This document shows, one piece after another, positions 1-10,814 of a stretch of 64,000 nucleotides of DNA. Origin of the DNA: a virus; IMG/VR virus record IMGVR_UViG_3300043425_000861; one strand, written 5' to 3'. The position numbers and the translations under genes were made by a program. The stretch's first letter is position 1. Every line of letters begins with the position of its first letter. The notes beneath the pieces are model-generated. The model worked only from the letters and a program-made list of their open reading frames with translations, had not been told where the DNA came from and did not search any database.

Positions 1-1634
1 CTTGTCATAATACCCTTGATTGGGGTCATATTGAACGGATTATACATTGTTGGAGTTAATTGTAAAGGAACATATGGTGCGTAGATGTAACCAGCGTCTA
101 ACAATGACTTACCTTTGTGTCCAATCAAAATTTTGTTTGCTGGGAAGTAAGGGTCACGATATACTTGGTAACGACCTGCTAATGTACCTACTTTCTCAAT
201 ACCCATATTGTATTGGTCTTGCTCAGGATGAGCGTTTGATACGTGGAAATATTCTAAATCGTCGAATACTGCAGATACTTCTGAAGAAACAACAATCCAG
301 TTAGCACCACCTCTCAAAGTAGACTTATGGATTTGAGCTGATAATTGGTTAATCTTAGTGATTAACGTTTGGTTCCAGTCTTTTTGAGTGTAACCTGCGA
401 AAGCAACACCACCGTTACCATATCTCCATTCGTTGTAGTCCCACTTAGTTGTCCAAGCGGCACCTTTACGAAGGTCACGTAAGATTTCACGGTCAACTTC
501 TGCTGCGATTTGCTCAGATAACAATGCTGTTAACTCAGCTTCTGCGTCGATGTTGTGGAATGCACTTACGTCTTGAGCTAATTCAGGAGACCAGCTAGCT
601 CTTAATTTTCTTTCAGTTACAGAAACAGTTACTGATTCTAAATCGAAAGAAACTTCACCAATTGCATCTTCGAATTCTAAGTCAGAGTAAACTCTAAATT
701 GTAAAGTTACGTCTGAAGCTTGGAATGTGTTAGATAATTGTGCGTTACCGAAACCTGCTGTGTCAGAGTAAGTTTGTAAATCTACATTGATGTAGATAAC
801 ACCTTCCTCATCACAGATATCTTGGAATCTACCACCAGGGAATGCTGATGTAGCTCTAGAACCGTATTCAATAATACCTTTACCGTATTTCTGAGTTACA
901 ATGTTGAAGTTTTTAGAAGCACCACTTACGATAACTTCAGCTCCAGCTAAGAACTCTTCAGTATCCATTACAGAACCGTTAGGTCCGATTAACTTACCTT
1001 GACCATCTTTAGTGAAACCAGAGAATTTCAATACTAAGTTAGATTGAGTAGTACCTGTTAATGCTGCACGAGCAACATCACCTACAGAACCACCTGTGAA
1101 AGCCACAACTGCAGCCGCACTTAAAGTAACAGCAGAGTATGAACCTTTAGAGTAATCGAACAAACCTTCAGAAGGAGAGTTACCATCACCAGCCTCATAG
1201 AAGCTATCGTAAAGGTTTTTAGCATCTGTGTAACCTGCAGTTGCTGCGTCGTTATTACCTGGCATTCCATAAGGTTGACGGTGGTTAACACCATCTCTTC
1301 CTTGAATTTTAGGAATGAAGTAGAATAATTTACCGATTGGTAAGTTCATAGCTTGTACAGACACGATGTCGTTAGCTAATAATTTAGAGAATACACGACG
1401 AATGATAGGGAATACCACAGTCTCGAAAGAACCAGAAGCATCAGATACTGCTGCTTCGTTGATTAAATAAGACGCTTGGTTTTCATATAATTGCGCGATG
1501 TTATCTTTTTGGTGACCTCCAAGACCTTCTAAAAAGCCTAAGTCATCCCATTTTTTGATGGTATCTTCTTTGATAACACGAAGGTGCTTAAGACCGATGT
1601 TACCAACCATACCTGATTCTAATAATGCTCCCAT
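1..1634 (-). CDS. Major capsid protein, T4 gp23-like (3' end runs off the window)
   Basis: Absent from the ORF track because its stop lies outside the window. Manual translation from ATG 1634 gives MGALLESGMVGNIGLKHLRVIKEDTIKKW...FPIIRRVFSKLLANDIVSVQAMNLPIGKLFYF...KLRASWSPELAQDVSAFHNIDAEAELTALLSEQIAAEVDREIL...YNPFNMTPIKGIMT, which are gp23-family motifs. It lies downstream of the scaffold and protease genes. Confidence 0.95.
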   Translation of the reverse strand, partial: MGALLESGMVGNIGLKHLRVIKEDTIKKWDDLGFLEGLGGHQKDNIAQLYENQASYLINEAAVSDASGSFETVVFPIIRRVFSKLLANDIVSVQAMNLPIGKLFYFIPKIQGRDGVNHRQPYGMPGNNDAATAGYTDAKNLYDSFYEAGDGNSPSEGLFDYSKGSYSAVTLSAAAVVAFTGGSVGDVARAALTGTTQSNLVLKFSGFTKDGQGKLIGPNGSVMDTEEFLAGAEVIVSGASKNFNIVTQKYGKGIIEYGSRATSAFPGGRFQDICDEEGVIYINVDLQTYSDTAGFGNAQLSNTFQASDVTLQFRVYSDLEFEDAIGEVSFDLESVTVSVTERKLRASWSPELAQDVSAFHNIDAEAELTALLSEQIAAEVDREILRDLRKGAAWTTKWDYNEWRYGNGGVAFAGYTQKDWNQTLITKINQLSAQIHKSTLRGGANWIVVSSEVSAVFDDLEYFHVSNAHPEQDQYNMGIEKVGTLAGRYQVYRDPYFPANKILIGHKGKSLLDAGYIYAPYVPLQLTPTMYNPFNMTPIKGIMT

Positions 1635-1663
1635 TTTAAAATTGTATTTTTTTGTTTTTTTTA

Positions 1664-2842
1664 TTATTTTATTTTACTCATTAAATCTTTCATTCTTCTG
1701 AATTGAGGGTTCTCATATGCTTTTGATTCAGATAATACCTCAGTTGAAGAAGTTTGTGGAGTTAATGAAATTTTCTCAACTACCGACTCAGTCATTGGTT
1801 TTTTAGTGTCTAACTCGGTTTTGATTGATTTGTAAAGATTTTTTGCTTCGTTTATAGAAGAAATCGAATCAAATCTTTTTAAAATATTCAATTTTTCTTG
1901 TTTTGTTGTTGAATGTTCAGTAAACAATCTTGTAGCGTAAGCTAAGTTTGCGTTGAATACTGCGACTTCGTTAAGTTTTTCCTTGAAAAGAACTAAAGCT
2001 TTCTTGTATTCAGAATTTTGTTTTTTCAATGTTTCAACTTCTTCATTTAATTCAGGTCTTCCAGCTTTGAACTTTTTACCTTGACGTGGACCTACGCCTC
2101 TTACGTCATTACCTTGAGTTCTTGCAGCTTCTGTAGCTTCAACTTTTTTAGGTTCTTCAACTCCTTCTTTGTCTAACGCAATTTCGTCTTCATCAAGAGT
2201 GACTTCGTAAACTGTACCGTCTTCGTCATCTTCTTCCCCTAATGCATTTAATTGAGCGTCGTCTTCAGGACTTGAAAAGCTTTCATCATAAGATTCTTCT
2301 TCTGAAAGTCCCATTTCAGTTCCACTATCTTCACCATCTAACTTAATGATATACTCTTGGTCATCAACACTAAGTGATAATTTATCACCTTCTTTTTTAA
2401 CTACAATACCGTCTTCTGGTTTCATAGCTTTGAAAACTTTAAGTACTTCATCATCAGACGCAGATGTCATATCGACAACGTCATCATCAGATTCGTCAGA
2501 CATTTCATCTGTTCCGAATTCATCATCTTCCATTTCACCTTCTTCATCAGCTTCAGGTTCATCGGCGATTTCATCTTCTTCATCAGATGGTTCATCGTTT
2601 ATTGAAGTTTCTTCATCTTCAGGTTCGTCACCTGTTACATCTTCTTCTTCGTCAGGTATTGGTTGCTCAGACATTTCAGCGTCTTTTACTTCCTCTTCCT
2701 CTTCTTCTACTTGTTCTCTAAGCAAATCGTTTAGTTCTTGTTTCATTGTTGAAGCAAGTATACCTTTTGCATTTTGCTTTACTGCCTCTTCAAGTGTTTG
2801 TACTTGAAGTAACGCTTGTTCTAAAATAGATTTTTGACTCAT
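1664..2842 (-). CDS. Prohead core/scaffold protein (gp22-like)
   Basis: Very acidic, coiled-coil protein located between the prohead protease and capsid genes. Confidence 0.75.
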   Translation of the reverse strand: MSQKSILEQALLQVQTLEEAVKQNAKGILASTMKQELNDLLREQVEEEEEEVKDAEMSEQPIPDEEEDVTGDEPEDEETSINDEPSDEEDEIADEPEADEEGEMEDDEFGTDEMSDESDDDVVDMTSASDDEVLKVFKAMKPEDGIVVKKEGDKLSLSVDDQEYIIKLDGEDSGTEMGLSEEESYDESFSSPEDDAQLNALGEEDDEDGTVYEVTLDEDEIALDKEGVEEPKKVEATEAARTQGNDVRGVGPRQGKKFKAGRPELNEEVETLKKQNSEYKKALVLFKEKLNEVAVFNANLAYATRLFTEHSTTKQEKLNILKRFDSISSINEAKNLYKSIKTELDTKKPMTESVVEKISLTPQTSSTEVLSESKAYENPQFRRMKDLMSKIK

Positions 2843-2928
2843 CTTAATTTATTTGTTTTATTATCTTATAAATACTACGTTTTTATGAAAAATTTACTTT
2901 TTCAGTATTGGTAACCCTATAAAATTTA

Positions 2929-3612
2929 TTATTTGGATAAAAAGTTATCTAATTTTCCCATTAATGACTTCATCTTATCAAATCCTTCACCTTTTTCTTC
3001 GATTGATTCTTGATACTTGTCTCTATCCGATAATTCAGGGAAAACATATGCACCTGGTGTAGATGGAGATGATACTAAATCAAAACAAACAAGTTCAAAA
3101 TCCTCTTGTACAATGTTTTGACCTTTAATGTTTTTAAGAGACCCCACTCCACGAGAAGAAATACCCAAAGTGGCTCCGTTCATAATTAACATAGCCGCTT
3201 GGTCTCCTTTAGTGGATACAATACCCATTTTCTTCCAACCTGGTGAAGTGAATAATTTTATCTTACCCATTAACATTTTACCATCCCACCAAGTCTCAAT
3301 AATAGAGTGAGATACTCTATCTAAATCAATAAGTGAAGATGATGGGTGATTTAATTCATTTAAAGCACCACCTTTCTTAATAAGGGTTTGATATTTTTCG
3401 TTCTCTCTTTTAAGTAGAACTTCGGGATAGATTCTCCCGTTTTTGTTAGGTGTGTCGTATTTTTGTAAAACAGCATAAAGGATAAGGTCTTCTGAGAAGT
3501 CCATACCCTTCATTTCTGATATAATTTTTTTGTTGTCGTCAGGTGAAACGTGTCCTGCGTCGTATTCGATTAAGATTCCCTTACCCGTCTCGTTTGGACC
3601 TAATATCTTCAT
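2929..3612 (-). CDS. Prohead protease (T4 gp21-like)
   Basis: Motifs NKNGRIYP, ELNHP, VSH, LGISSRGVGS and FDLVSSPSTPGAY. Confidence 0.93.
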   Translation of the reverse strand: MKILGPNETGKGILIEYDAGHVSPDDNKKIISEMKGMDFSEDLILYAVLQKYDTPNKNGRIYPEVLLKRENEKYQTLIKKGGALNELNHPSSSLIDLDRVSHSIIETWWDGKMLMGKIKLFTSPGWKKMGIVSTKGDQAAMLIMNGATLGISSRGVGSLKNIKGQNIVQEDFELVCFDLVSSPSTPGAYVFPELSDRDKYQESIEEKGEGFDKMKSLMGKLDNFLSK

Positions 3613-3650
3613 TTACAGTTTTTATACTATAAATACATCGATATCCCAAC

Positions 3651-4076
3651 TTATTTCTTGTTCTTATAGAAATTAAACAGATTTTTGTCTTTTAAATTCC
3701 CATTAATAATGTTTTCCGATATAGATTTAATAGTTTTTTTAACTTCTTTATCTCTGATATCAAATTGATTTTTAACGAATAATGTAATTTCTAAATTCAT
3801 AAAGGACTTTTTTTCTAATTTGATTCCTTTAGTCCTGACATCTAAATCGACAATATTTTCTTTTTTGAAAAATTCATTTTCCAAATAATACAAGTACGTT
3901 TTTATTTCACGTCTCGTTCTTGATAGTATCAACTCGAAATTATCGGTGTCATTCTCAGGTAATAACCAAGAATTTAGTTTTATGTATACGGTTTTTAAAT
4001 TTTTAAAGTCCACAGTTCCGTAACCAATCTTTACATTTTCATAGTATCCGAGGGGTATAAATTTCCCAGTTTTCAT
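3651..4076 (-). CDS. Hypothetical protein in head module
   Basis: 141-aa ORF co-oriented with the head genes. Confidence 0.7.
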   Translation of the reverse strand: MKTGKFIPLGYYENVKIGYGTVDFKNLKTVYIKLNSWLLPENDTDNFELILSRTRREIKTYLYYLENEFFKKENIVDLDVRTKGIKLEKKSFMNLEITLFVKNQFDIRDKEVKKTIKSISENIINGNLKDKNLFNFYKNKK

Positions 4077-4175
4077 TAATTTTGTTCATATTATTTTAAT
4101 TTATGGTGTTAATTAAAATATAAAGAAAAATTCTTGTATTTCCAAAATATATTTATATAATACTAAAACCAAATT

Positions 4176-4367
4176 ATGTTAATAATAGAAATTAAAAATG
4201 AAAAGAGTCTTGAATCTGCTCTTAGGACCTACAAACAAAAGGTTCAAAAAACAAAACAGATACAAAAACTCAGAGAAAGAGAAGAGTTCGTAAAACCTTC
4301 AGTTAAGAAAAGAACTCAAAAGTTAAAGGCGATTTACATAGAGTCAAAAAAAAATGGTCTTAATTAA
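4176..4367 (+). CDS. rpsU: Ribosomal protein bS21 (phage-encoded)
   Basis: 63-aa basic protein with SLESALRTYKQKV...LREREEFVKPSVKKR, typical of S21. Its position among head genes matches described bS21-carrying phages. Confidence 0.88.
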   Translation: MLIIEIKNEKSLESALRTYKQKVQKTKQIQKLREREEFVKPSVKKRTQKLKAIYIESKKNGLN

Positions 4368-5097
4368 GACCATTTTTTAATTCTTTAAGTTTATAAAGAT
4401 TAAACTTATTAAAATTCATTTCGTTTACCTCTTTTTGGACTTGAGTTAATTTTGTTGTTAATTCATCATCTTTATTTTCAGATAATATAGTTCCCACTTG
4501 GGTTAAAACAGATTCTTTTAATTCGGTGATGTTTTTCTCTAAGTCTTCTTGTGACATTGAAAGAATTGTTTTCAATTCCTCCTGTTGTTCTTCATTTAAA
4601 CTATTTGTATATAAAACGTTGAAATTGTTTGCCAATACGGCGTGTAATAAACTTTCGTTAGGTACAATACCTTCCACCTTAGATTCGTTTACTTCTTTTT
4701 TGGTTGTTAAATGATTTACTAATTTTTTCTTCGCAATAACCTTCTTATCGATATTGTTTAAACTATCCTCTTCCAATAATTGGTCAAGAGTAGAATAAAT
4801 CTCATTCTCATTGATTTCTAATTCACCTAATTTTTGATTTAATGAACTACAAAATTCAACAAGACTTTTAGACTTACTTCTCAAAATTGTATTAAGTTCT
4901 TCAACATACAATTTAGCAACCTCTTTATCTTCAAAATATTTGTTTTCTATTTCTTCATAAAAAATATATAATTCTTTAAAGTCTTTATTCTCTTTTATAG
5001 TTTTTAAAATATCCTTCATTTCAGATTTATTCTGACTTGAGTAAGATTCTGTAAGTTTTTTTAAGATTTTGGTTTTTAATACCCCTATTTTGTTCAT
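4360..5097 (-). CDS. Hypothetical protein (head module)
   Basis: 245-aa helical ORF immediately downstream of the portal gene. Confidence 0.75.
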   Translation of the reverse strand: MNKIGVLKTKILKKLTESYSSQNKSEMKDILKTIKENKDFKELYIFYEEIENKYFEDKEVAKLYVEELNTILRSKSKSLVEFCSSLNQKLGELEINENEIYSTLDQLLEEDSLNNIDKKVIAKKKLVNHLTTKKEVNESKVEGIVPNESLLHAVLANNFNVLYTNSLNEEQQEELKTILSMSQEDLEKNITELKESVLTQVGTILSENKDDELTTKLTQVQKEVNEMNFNKFNLYKLKELKNGLN

Positions 5098-5099
5098 TT

Positions 5100-6932
5100 T
5101 TAGTCGTTTAATATATCCTTCAATTTATTCTCTATCTCATAAATATTCTGTTGTGCTTTATTAATATCAAATAAATCGTCTAATTTTTCTGAATCGTCAC
5201 CTAACATAGATAAAATCTTGTCTTTTCTCGATTCACTTAATGGTGCAGCACCTCCCGCAGGTGCTTCTGCAGGTGCACCCATATCAGTAGGTGCTCCACC
5301 CATATCCATTCCACCACCCGCAGCTGCCGCATCACCCGTCGCACCACCGGCAGCTTCTAATTTTTCTCTTTCTTCTTCAGGTATACCATATTTTGCGTCG
5401 ACGTCATCGAACACACCTGAACGTTTAATAATTTGTGCAGTTGCAGCTAACTCACCACCAATAGCTCTTTCAAGTCTTTGTTGTTGTAAATCAAGTATAA
5501 CCTCATTATCACTAAATCCAAGAATATTCTTTTTAGCCCAAGTATGTGAAACAGGTAATATACCAAGTTGTGAGTTGTCAGATGTTGCGTCTTTATATAA
5601 CGTAACCTTTTCTTTCCATTGTTCAATCTTAAGTAAATCTGATTGAGATGATGGATTTGTTAATGATAAACTAAAGTTGTGTAATTCATCTTCTAAACCT
5701 AAAAGATATAAATGAATTAATGCAATTTTATTTAATTCTTGTATTAAAGATTTTTGAATTCTATTAATTGTTCTCGCAAAACGAATATCCATCAATGCAA
5801 GGTTCTTACCATCACCAACCACTTCTTCAAATCCTAAAAATGCTTTAGGTATACGAAGAGCCGCTAACATTTTCTTTTGGATGTATTCAATATCGGCAAT
5901 CTCACCTAAATTAGCAGCACCCGGTAATGTCTCAATCGGGTTAGTTTGTGCCGGGTCACGTACAGGTATGAAATAATCTTGGTCAACAGCCATTTGATTA
6001 TATCTCATATCAACGTTACCATTCTTTTGGTCAACAACTGTATCTCTTTTGAATTTGTTTGCAACACGTTGTACATATGGTTCAATATCTTTGTCGTCCA
6101 TATTACCAACGAATACTTTGAATACACGTCTTTCAGGTGCTCTTGATGTTCTATAAATCAACATAGCATCTTCTGCAAGTAAAAGTTGTTTCCAAATTCT
6201 TCTAATCTTATCTAACATAGATGTACCATATGGTAACTTTCTATCATCACCTAAAATTCTAAAGTGAGCAATTTCCCAAGCTTGGAATTCAATGTCTTTA
6301 TTCTTCCAATTAAATCTTAATTCTCTTGTTGGTATTTTTGAATCTTTAGGTGCTGCCGCTAAGTTCTTAAGTGCTGCTCCCTCAACTCTTTCAATTTCAA
6401 TGTTTGGTAATTGTTGACAACCGATGATTCCTTTTTCAGGGTCTACTTTAAGGAATACAAAATCATCTCCGTATTTACACATACCTCTAGCCCACATTTG
6501 TAGGTTAGTATTGATGTCTAATTTTTCTTTAAATAAATCCTCAAGAATACCTTTGATTCTTTTTGATTCAGAATATATTGTTAGAATTTCACCTTTCTCA
6601 GACATTGTTGTTGATTCCTCAGCATATATGTCTAACGCTGCAGATATTTCAGGAGTAAACTCCATAGACTCATAATCATAATACGCTGACAATCTATTTG
6701 GTTCATAATAAACCGATTGATTATATAAGGACTGGTCTAATTTAGTCCATTTGTCTGCAATGTATTGTGACTGTTGTGCTTGTAATAACGCTTTTTCAAA
6801 GTCTTCTTTACTATCAGTTTTTAATATTTCTTCTCTATCTAAATTGAAAGATGGTGATACCTCTTTCCCTTTTCCTTGAAAACCGAAAACCTTAGTAAGT
6901 TTCTGAAATACCGTTAAATTATTTTCTGCCAT
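5100..6932 (-). CDS. Portal protein (T4 gp20-like)
   Basis: Motifs PEISAALDIY, EDAMLIYRTSRAPERRVFKVFVGNM, DYFIPVR and IETLPG. Confidence 0.95.
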   Translation of the reverse strand: MAENNLTVFQKLTKVFGFQGKGKEVSPSFNLDREEILKTDSKEDFEKALLQAQQSQYIADKWTKLDQSLYNQSVYYEPNRLSAYYDYESMEFTPEISAALDIYAEESTTMSEKGEILTIYSESKRIKGILEDLFKEKLDINTNLQMWARGMCKYGDDFVFLKVDPEKGIIGCQQLPNIEIERVEGAALKNLAAAPKDSKIPTRELRFNWKNKDIEFQAWEIAHFRILGDDRKLPYGTSMLDKIRRIWKQLLLAEDAMLIYRTSRAPERRVFKVFVGNMDDKDIEPYVQRVANKFKRDTVVDQKNGNVDMRYNQMAVDQDYFIPVRDPAQTNPIETLPGAANLGEIADIEYIQKKMLAALRIPKAFLGFEEVVGDGKNLALMDIRFARTINRIQKSLIQELNKIALIHLYLLGLEDELHNFSLSLTNPSSQSDLLKIEQWKEKVTLYKDATSDNSQLGILPVSHTWAKKNILGFSDNEVILDLQQQRLERAIGGELAATAQIIKRSGVFDDVDAKYGIPEEEREKLEAAGGATGDAAAAGGGMDMGGAPTDMGAPAEAPAGGAAPLSESRKDKILSMLGDDSEKLDDLFDINKAQQNIYEIENKLKDILND

Positions 6933-6987
6933 AACTATAAATACTATTTGTTAAAAATCTATCCTATTTTATTCAAAAAATAAAGGT

Positions 6988-8745
6988 TTATTTGGGTTTA
7001 CCAAATAACCAAGAGTATTCACCATAGGATTGTTTTGATGGTGTTTGAGGTTGATTATTACCATCCATCGACATTAAACCTATTGGGTCGAATGTGGTTC
7101 CATAGGAATAAAAAGACTTATTTGCTTCGTATGTTCTTTCCGATAATACCCAAGAATCTAACATTGCTTTGTTTTGTGCATCAGTTCTTTGTAGTTGGTT
7201 AAAACATATGTCGCCAGCATATAACGCCATTGACATACTCATAATAGCATCATCGTGAGCACCCTTCATATGGTCAGGTCTACCGTTCATATAAACAAAC
7301 GTATTAAGTTCATTCAATAATCTTGATGACCTCACGATAAATCCTTTTCTAAGTTGTTCTTCAAATGCTGCAACAATTTGGGTTCTTTTATTATTAAAAT
7401 TTAAACCCGGTATTTTATCCATTGCTTTTCTATTATATTCCCAAATATTTTGAGTATTAATACCATCAATGTATAAATTTTTATAATTTAATTCTTGTAA
7501 TTTTCGTGATGTGGCAACACCCATACCTCCTGTTATGTCAACAACAATGAATGCGTTGTAAAGTACACCCCATTTGTATGCGATTGCCGCTAAATCATCG
7601 GGTGGTATCTTACCAATATATTCCGCAACCTGTTCTCTATCATCAAAATCAATAATATTGATTGAAGAAAAGTCTTCACTATCACCTCTACTAACATCCA
7701 CACCCATAATGTAACGATGGTCTTGTATTGGTTCCTTCCAATGCCAAAAAGTTCCTTGCATATATTTTTCAAAAGGAACTCTAATCATATTTTTGGCTAT
7801 ATTTTCTTGAATATCACCAGGAATTACACCATCACCCGAACCTAAAAAGTCACACTCCAATTCCTGTGCGATTTTACGTCTATCGTACTTGAATTTTTTA
7901 GACATAGATTCAAACCAAGACGAAAAAGGTTTGTAACCATCCTCTTCTAATTTTTTGTAATTAGACATATCGAATTCACGAAGAACTACTTCATCATCAT
8001 TATATTGTTCTCTATTCAACATATAATGACATATGTCTTGACATTTAACCCAAACTAAGTCTTTAGTATAACGAGGGTCCTTAAACCATCTTAAATCCGT
8101 TATATGAAAATCGTTCATACCACGTAGTGATTGGTCATAAACCCCATAGTAAATTGGGTCGTAACCATTCGGTGTAGATATAAGAATAATTTTACCTCCC
8201 GTAGATAGTGATGCCATTGAAGCGGCCCAAAAGTCCTCACCTGCTTCGATATATGCAGCTTCGTCAAATACAAGTACTGTTGGTGTATAACCACGTAACG
8301 CATCTGCAGATGTTGCAACCGCTTTTACTTCGCAACCATTGTTTAATCTAAATCTACTTTCGGAGTTTTTATCGGGAGAGAACCCAACATTTAACCAATC
8401 AGGCCATTGTTCTAAAAAATTACGAACCTTGTTTGCCATTTCAATGGCGGTATCTCTCTTATTTGCAATAATAAGAACTCTTTCGGGGTTCTCGGGTTTT
8501 GCTAATTGTAGTTTTTTAGATAACCAAGCAGCGGTTACTGTTGTAACACCCGCTTGACGATATTTTTTAGTGATATTTTCATTGTAGTCTTCGTAGTCCT
8601 GAATCAATTGTAATTGGTCAGGGAACAAATCCATAGGAACATATTTCTTTTGTGTATTATCATACGTTTGTAGATATGTTCTTAAAGCATATGGTGTATC
8701 TTTAATGATTCTAGCATATTCTTTTAATTGCTCAATTTTACTCAT
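6988..8745 (-). CDS. Terminase large subunit (gp17-like)
   Basis: KYRQAGVTT Walker A-like, VFDEAA Walker B, ISTPNG coupling motif, and nuclease motifs GVDVSRG and HDDAIM. Confidence 0.95.
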   Translation of the reverse strand: MSKIEQLKEYARIIKDTPYALRTYLQTYDNTQKKYVPMDLFPDQLQLIQDYEDYNENITKKYRQAGVTTVTAAWLSKKLQLAKPENPERVLIIANKRDTAIEMANKVRNFLEQWPDWLNVGFSPDKNSESRFRLNNGCEVKAVATSADALRGYTPTVLVFDEAAYIEAGEDFWAASMASLSTGGKIILISTPNGYDPIYYGVYDQSLRGMNDFHITDLRWFKDPRYTKDLVWVKCQDICHYMLNREQYNDDEVVLREFDMSNYKKLEEDGYKPFSSWFESMSKKFKYDRRKIAQELECDFLGSGDGVIPGDIQENIAKNMIRVPFEKYMQGTFWHWKEPIQDHRYIMGVDVSRGDSEDFSSINIIDFDDREQVAEYIGKIPPDDLAAIAYKWGVLYNAFIVVDITGGMGVATSRKLQELNYKNLYIDGINTQNIWEYNRKAMDKIPGLNFNNKRTQIVAAFEEQLRKGFIVRSSRLLNELNTFVYMNGRPDHMKGAHDDAIMSMSMALYAGDICFNQLQRTDAQNKAMLDSWVLSERTYEANKSFYSYGTTFDPIGLMSMDGNNQPQTPSKQSYGEYSWLFGKPK

Positions 8746-8758
8746 ATATATAAATACA

Positions 8759-8786
8759 AAAAAAGACGGTTAAAAACCGTCTTTGT
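8759..8786. terminator. Intrinsic terminator hairpin
   Basis: AAAGACGGTT-AAA-AACCGTCTTT with an A/T run, just downstream of the 8788..10029 ORF. Confidence 0.7.
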
Positions 8787-8787
8787 A

Positions 8788-10029
8788 TTATTGTCCTGAT
8801 AATGAGATTCCTAAACCCGATAACATATCTTGTAAACTTTCACCCGATACTTTAGGTGCGAGCTCCTCAATTAATTTTCTGAACTCGGATGTTGATTGTG
8901 TAACTTCTTCACTATCTACCTTTCTTGTTAAATCATAGTACATAGCACCAATCAACTTTTTACCCATTTCTGTGTTACCAATAACTTCCTTCATTAAAAC
9001 TAAAAATTCTTTTACAGGTAAATTGGCAACATTTGAATAAATGAAATATTGTAATTTTTTCTTGTCTTCTTCATTTTTAATTGATTCAGGATATAGAGCA
9101 TATAATCTTCTCCAAATAGCAGGACCTAATCTAATGTCCCAAATTTCGTGAAGTACGGTATCTTCTAAATCCATAGCTTTTTGAACTCTTTCAGGGTCTT
9201 CAGGATTTCTTTGTTTTGATAAGAACTCCATTACACCTTTAATCGTTTCGTGAATTAAGAAAGGAAATATAACTGCTCTTGCAATAACTGTTGGAGGATT
9301 TGTTGTTGAATCAAGTCTTGTTTTACCTGCACCTTGAGCTTCAGCGATTGTTGATTCCATCATTTCTTCAGGAAACTGCCAATAACCTAACATCATAGTT
9401 GAAACGAAAATTGCATATTTGTCTGTTAAATTCTGAACTCCCGTAATTCTTTGAATTTCAGGAATAACATCTTCAAACATCCAAGTACCATCAACTGCGT
9501 GACCTTGGGTCATTGCATTTAATAGTCTTCTTTTTGCTCTTTCTAAATTTAAAACCTCATCAACTAATTCTTCTTCTTGTTCTTGAACTTCCTCTTCTTC
9601 AGCATCTTGATTTACTTGAATGCTTTCAGATTGTAATTTAATATCGAATTGTAATCTATTTTCAGGAATCTTAAAATGTTCTCTGATTAATCTCTCACAT
9701 AGTTCTTCTAATTCGGCTTCGTGATTTCTTTCAGCATTTTGTATTTCAGATAATATTCTACTAGCTTGAATTGATAATTGATAATATCTACCTTGTATAC
9801 CGGTACCAATATTACTAACACCCGTATAACGTGATAATCTACCTAATGCGGTCGAATATTCATCACTGGCTAATAATTCTTCGTAGTTGTTATATCCTTC
9901 TTCGTTTGGTTCAGGAAAATCAACTTTTTTAAATGGGGTTTCTCTATCGACTAATTTATTAGTTACACCTGAATCAGGTCTACTATTATCATCAAATCTC
10001 ATATCCTCATTAAATTCTTTATTTGCCAT
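8788..10029 (-). CDS. Hypothetical protein (probable virion/morphogenesis)
   Basis: 413-aa ORF upstream of terL. Confidence 0.75.
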   Translation of the reverse strand: MANKEFNEDMRFDDNSRPDSGVTNKLVDRETPFKKVDFPEPNEEGYNNYEELLASDEYSTALGRLSRYTGVSNIGTGIQGRYYQLSIQASRILSEIQNAERNHEAELEELCERLIREHFKIPENRLQFDIKLQSESIQVNQDAEEEEVQEQEEELVDEVLNLERAKRRLLNAMTQGHAVDGTWMFEDVIPEIQRITGVQNLTDKYAIFVSTMMLGYWQFPEEMMESTIAEAQGAGKTRLDSTTNPPTVIARAVIFPFLIHETIKGVMEFLSKQRNPEDPERVQKAMDLEDTVLHEIWDIRLGPAIWRRLYALYPESIKNEEDKKKLQYFIYSNVANLPVKEFLVLMKEVIGNTEMGKKLIGAMYYDLTRKVDSEEVTQSTSEFRKLIEELAPKVSGESLQDMLSGLGISLSGQ

Positions 10030-10813
10030 TTTTTAAAACGTTTCTGATTTTTTTCATAATTGACTCTGAAATAGAATCAGCACCTTTTGGTTGATTCATT
10101 GACCTCAAAATATTTTTAAATTCCATAAAAGCCGGCATACTTCCACCATTTCCTTTTTCGAACTTAGGTCTTGGGTCAGGTCCTTCACCAGGATTTTGCC
10201 AAGGGTCAATGAAAGGGTCTTTATCAGGTGATGGTGGTGCATCAATATCAGGGTCAATATCAATATCAGGTTCTACATCGATATCTGGTTCCATTACATC
10301 TGGCTGTTCGTGTAGTTTCATTTTGATAAGTTCCATAATTTCATCTTTAGTTGTTAATGAATGATAATCATTTTCTACCAAAGAATCAACCCACTCTTTA
10401 ATTTCTTTTTTATCAATATCCTCTAATTTCTTTTTATCCAACTTCTTCTTGTCACCACATTTACAACCAACTACTCCACATTTTGGACAACACTCTTCTT
10501 TAACTTCTTTCTTCTGACCTTTTAATATTTTGAAATCTTGACCATCAATCTTACCATTGTGGTTTTTATCTAATTTCTTTTGTTTACCAACTAATTTTTC
10601 AGTTAACTCAACGTCAATCCCACCATCAGTAACTTGTTTAATTTTATCAGGAGGTGTATTTGCAGGCATTTTAACCTTACCTTTACCACTCACGGCTTGT
10701 TCACCAAGTATTCTTTCAGATAACATTTCCAATTGTTTATCTGACATAACAACTAAAGTTGATTGTGAAAATCCTTCTTTAACTAATAAACCAACAATTT
10801 GATTGCGTTTCAT
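10019..10813 (-). CDS. Hypothetical protein with EF-hand-like loop and PDID repeats
   Basis: DKNHNGKIDGQD loop and EPDIDV/DPDID repeats. Start placed at MKRNQ to avoid overlapping the upstream ORF. Confidence 0.7.
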   Translation of the reverse strand: MKRNQIVGLLVKEGFSQSTLVVMSDKQLEMLSERILGEQAVSGKGKVKMPANTPPDKIKQVTDGGIDVELTEKLVGKQKKLDKNHNGKIDGQDFKILKGQKKEVKEECCPKCGVVGCKCGDKKKLDKKKLEDIDKKEIKEWVDSLVENDYHSLTTKDEIMELIKMKLHEQPDVMEPDIDVEPDIDIDPDIDAPPSPDKDPFIDPWQNPGEGPDPRPKFEKGNGGSMPAFMEFKNILRSMNQPKGADSISESIMKKIRNVLKNGK

Positions 10814-10814
10814 T

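Noticed and set aside
47-304. 85-aa plus-strand ORF
   Set aside because: Antisense shadow of the major capsid gene.
6988-8745. Intein or intron in terminase
   Set aside because: Normal length, contiguous motifs and no splice-junction signature.
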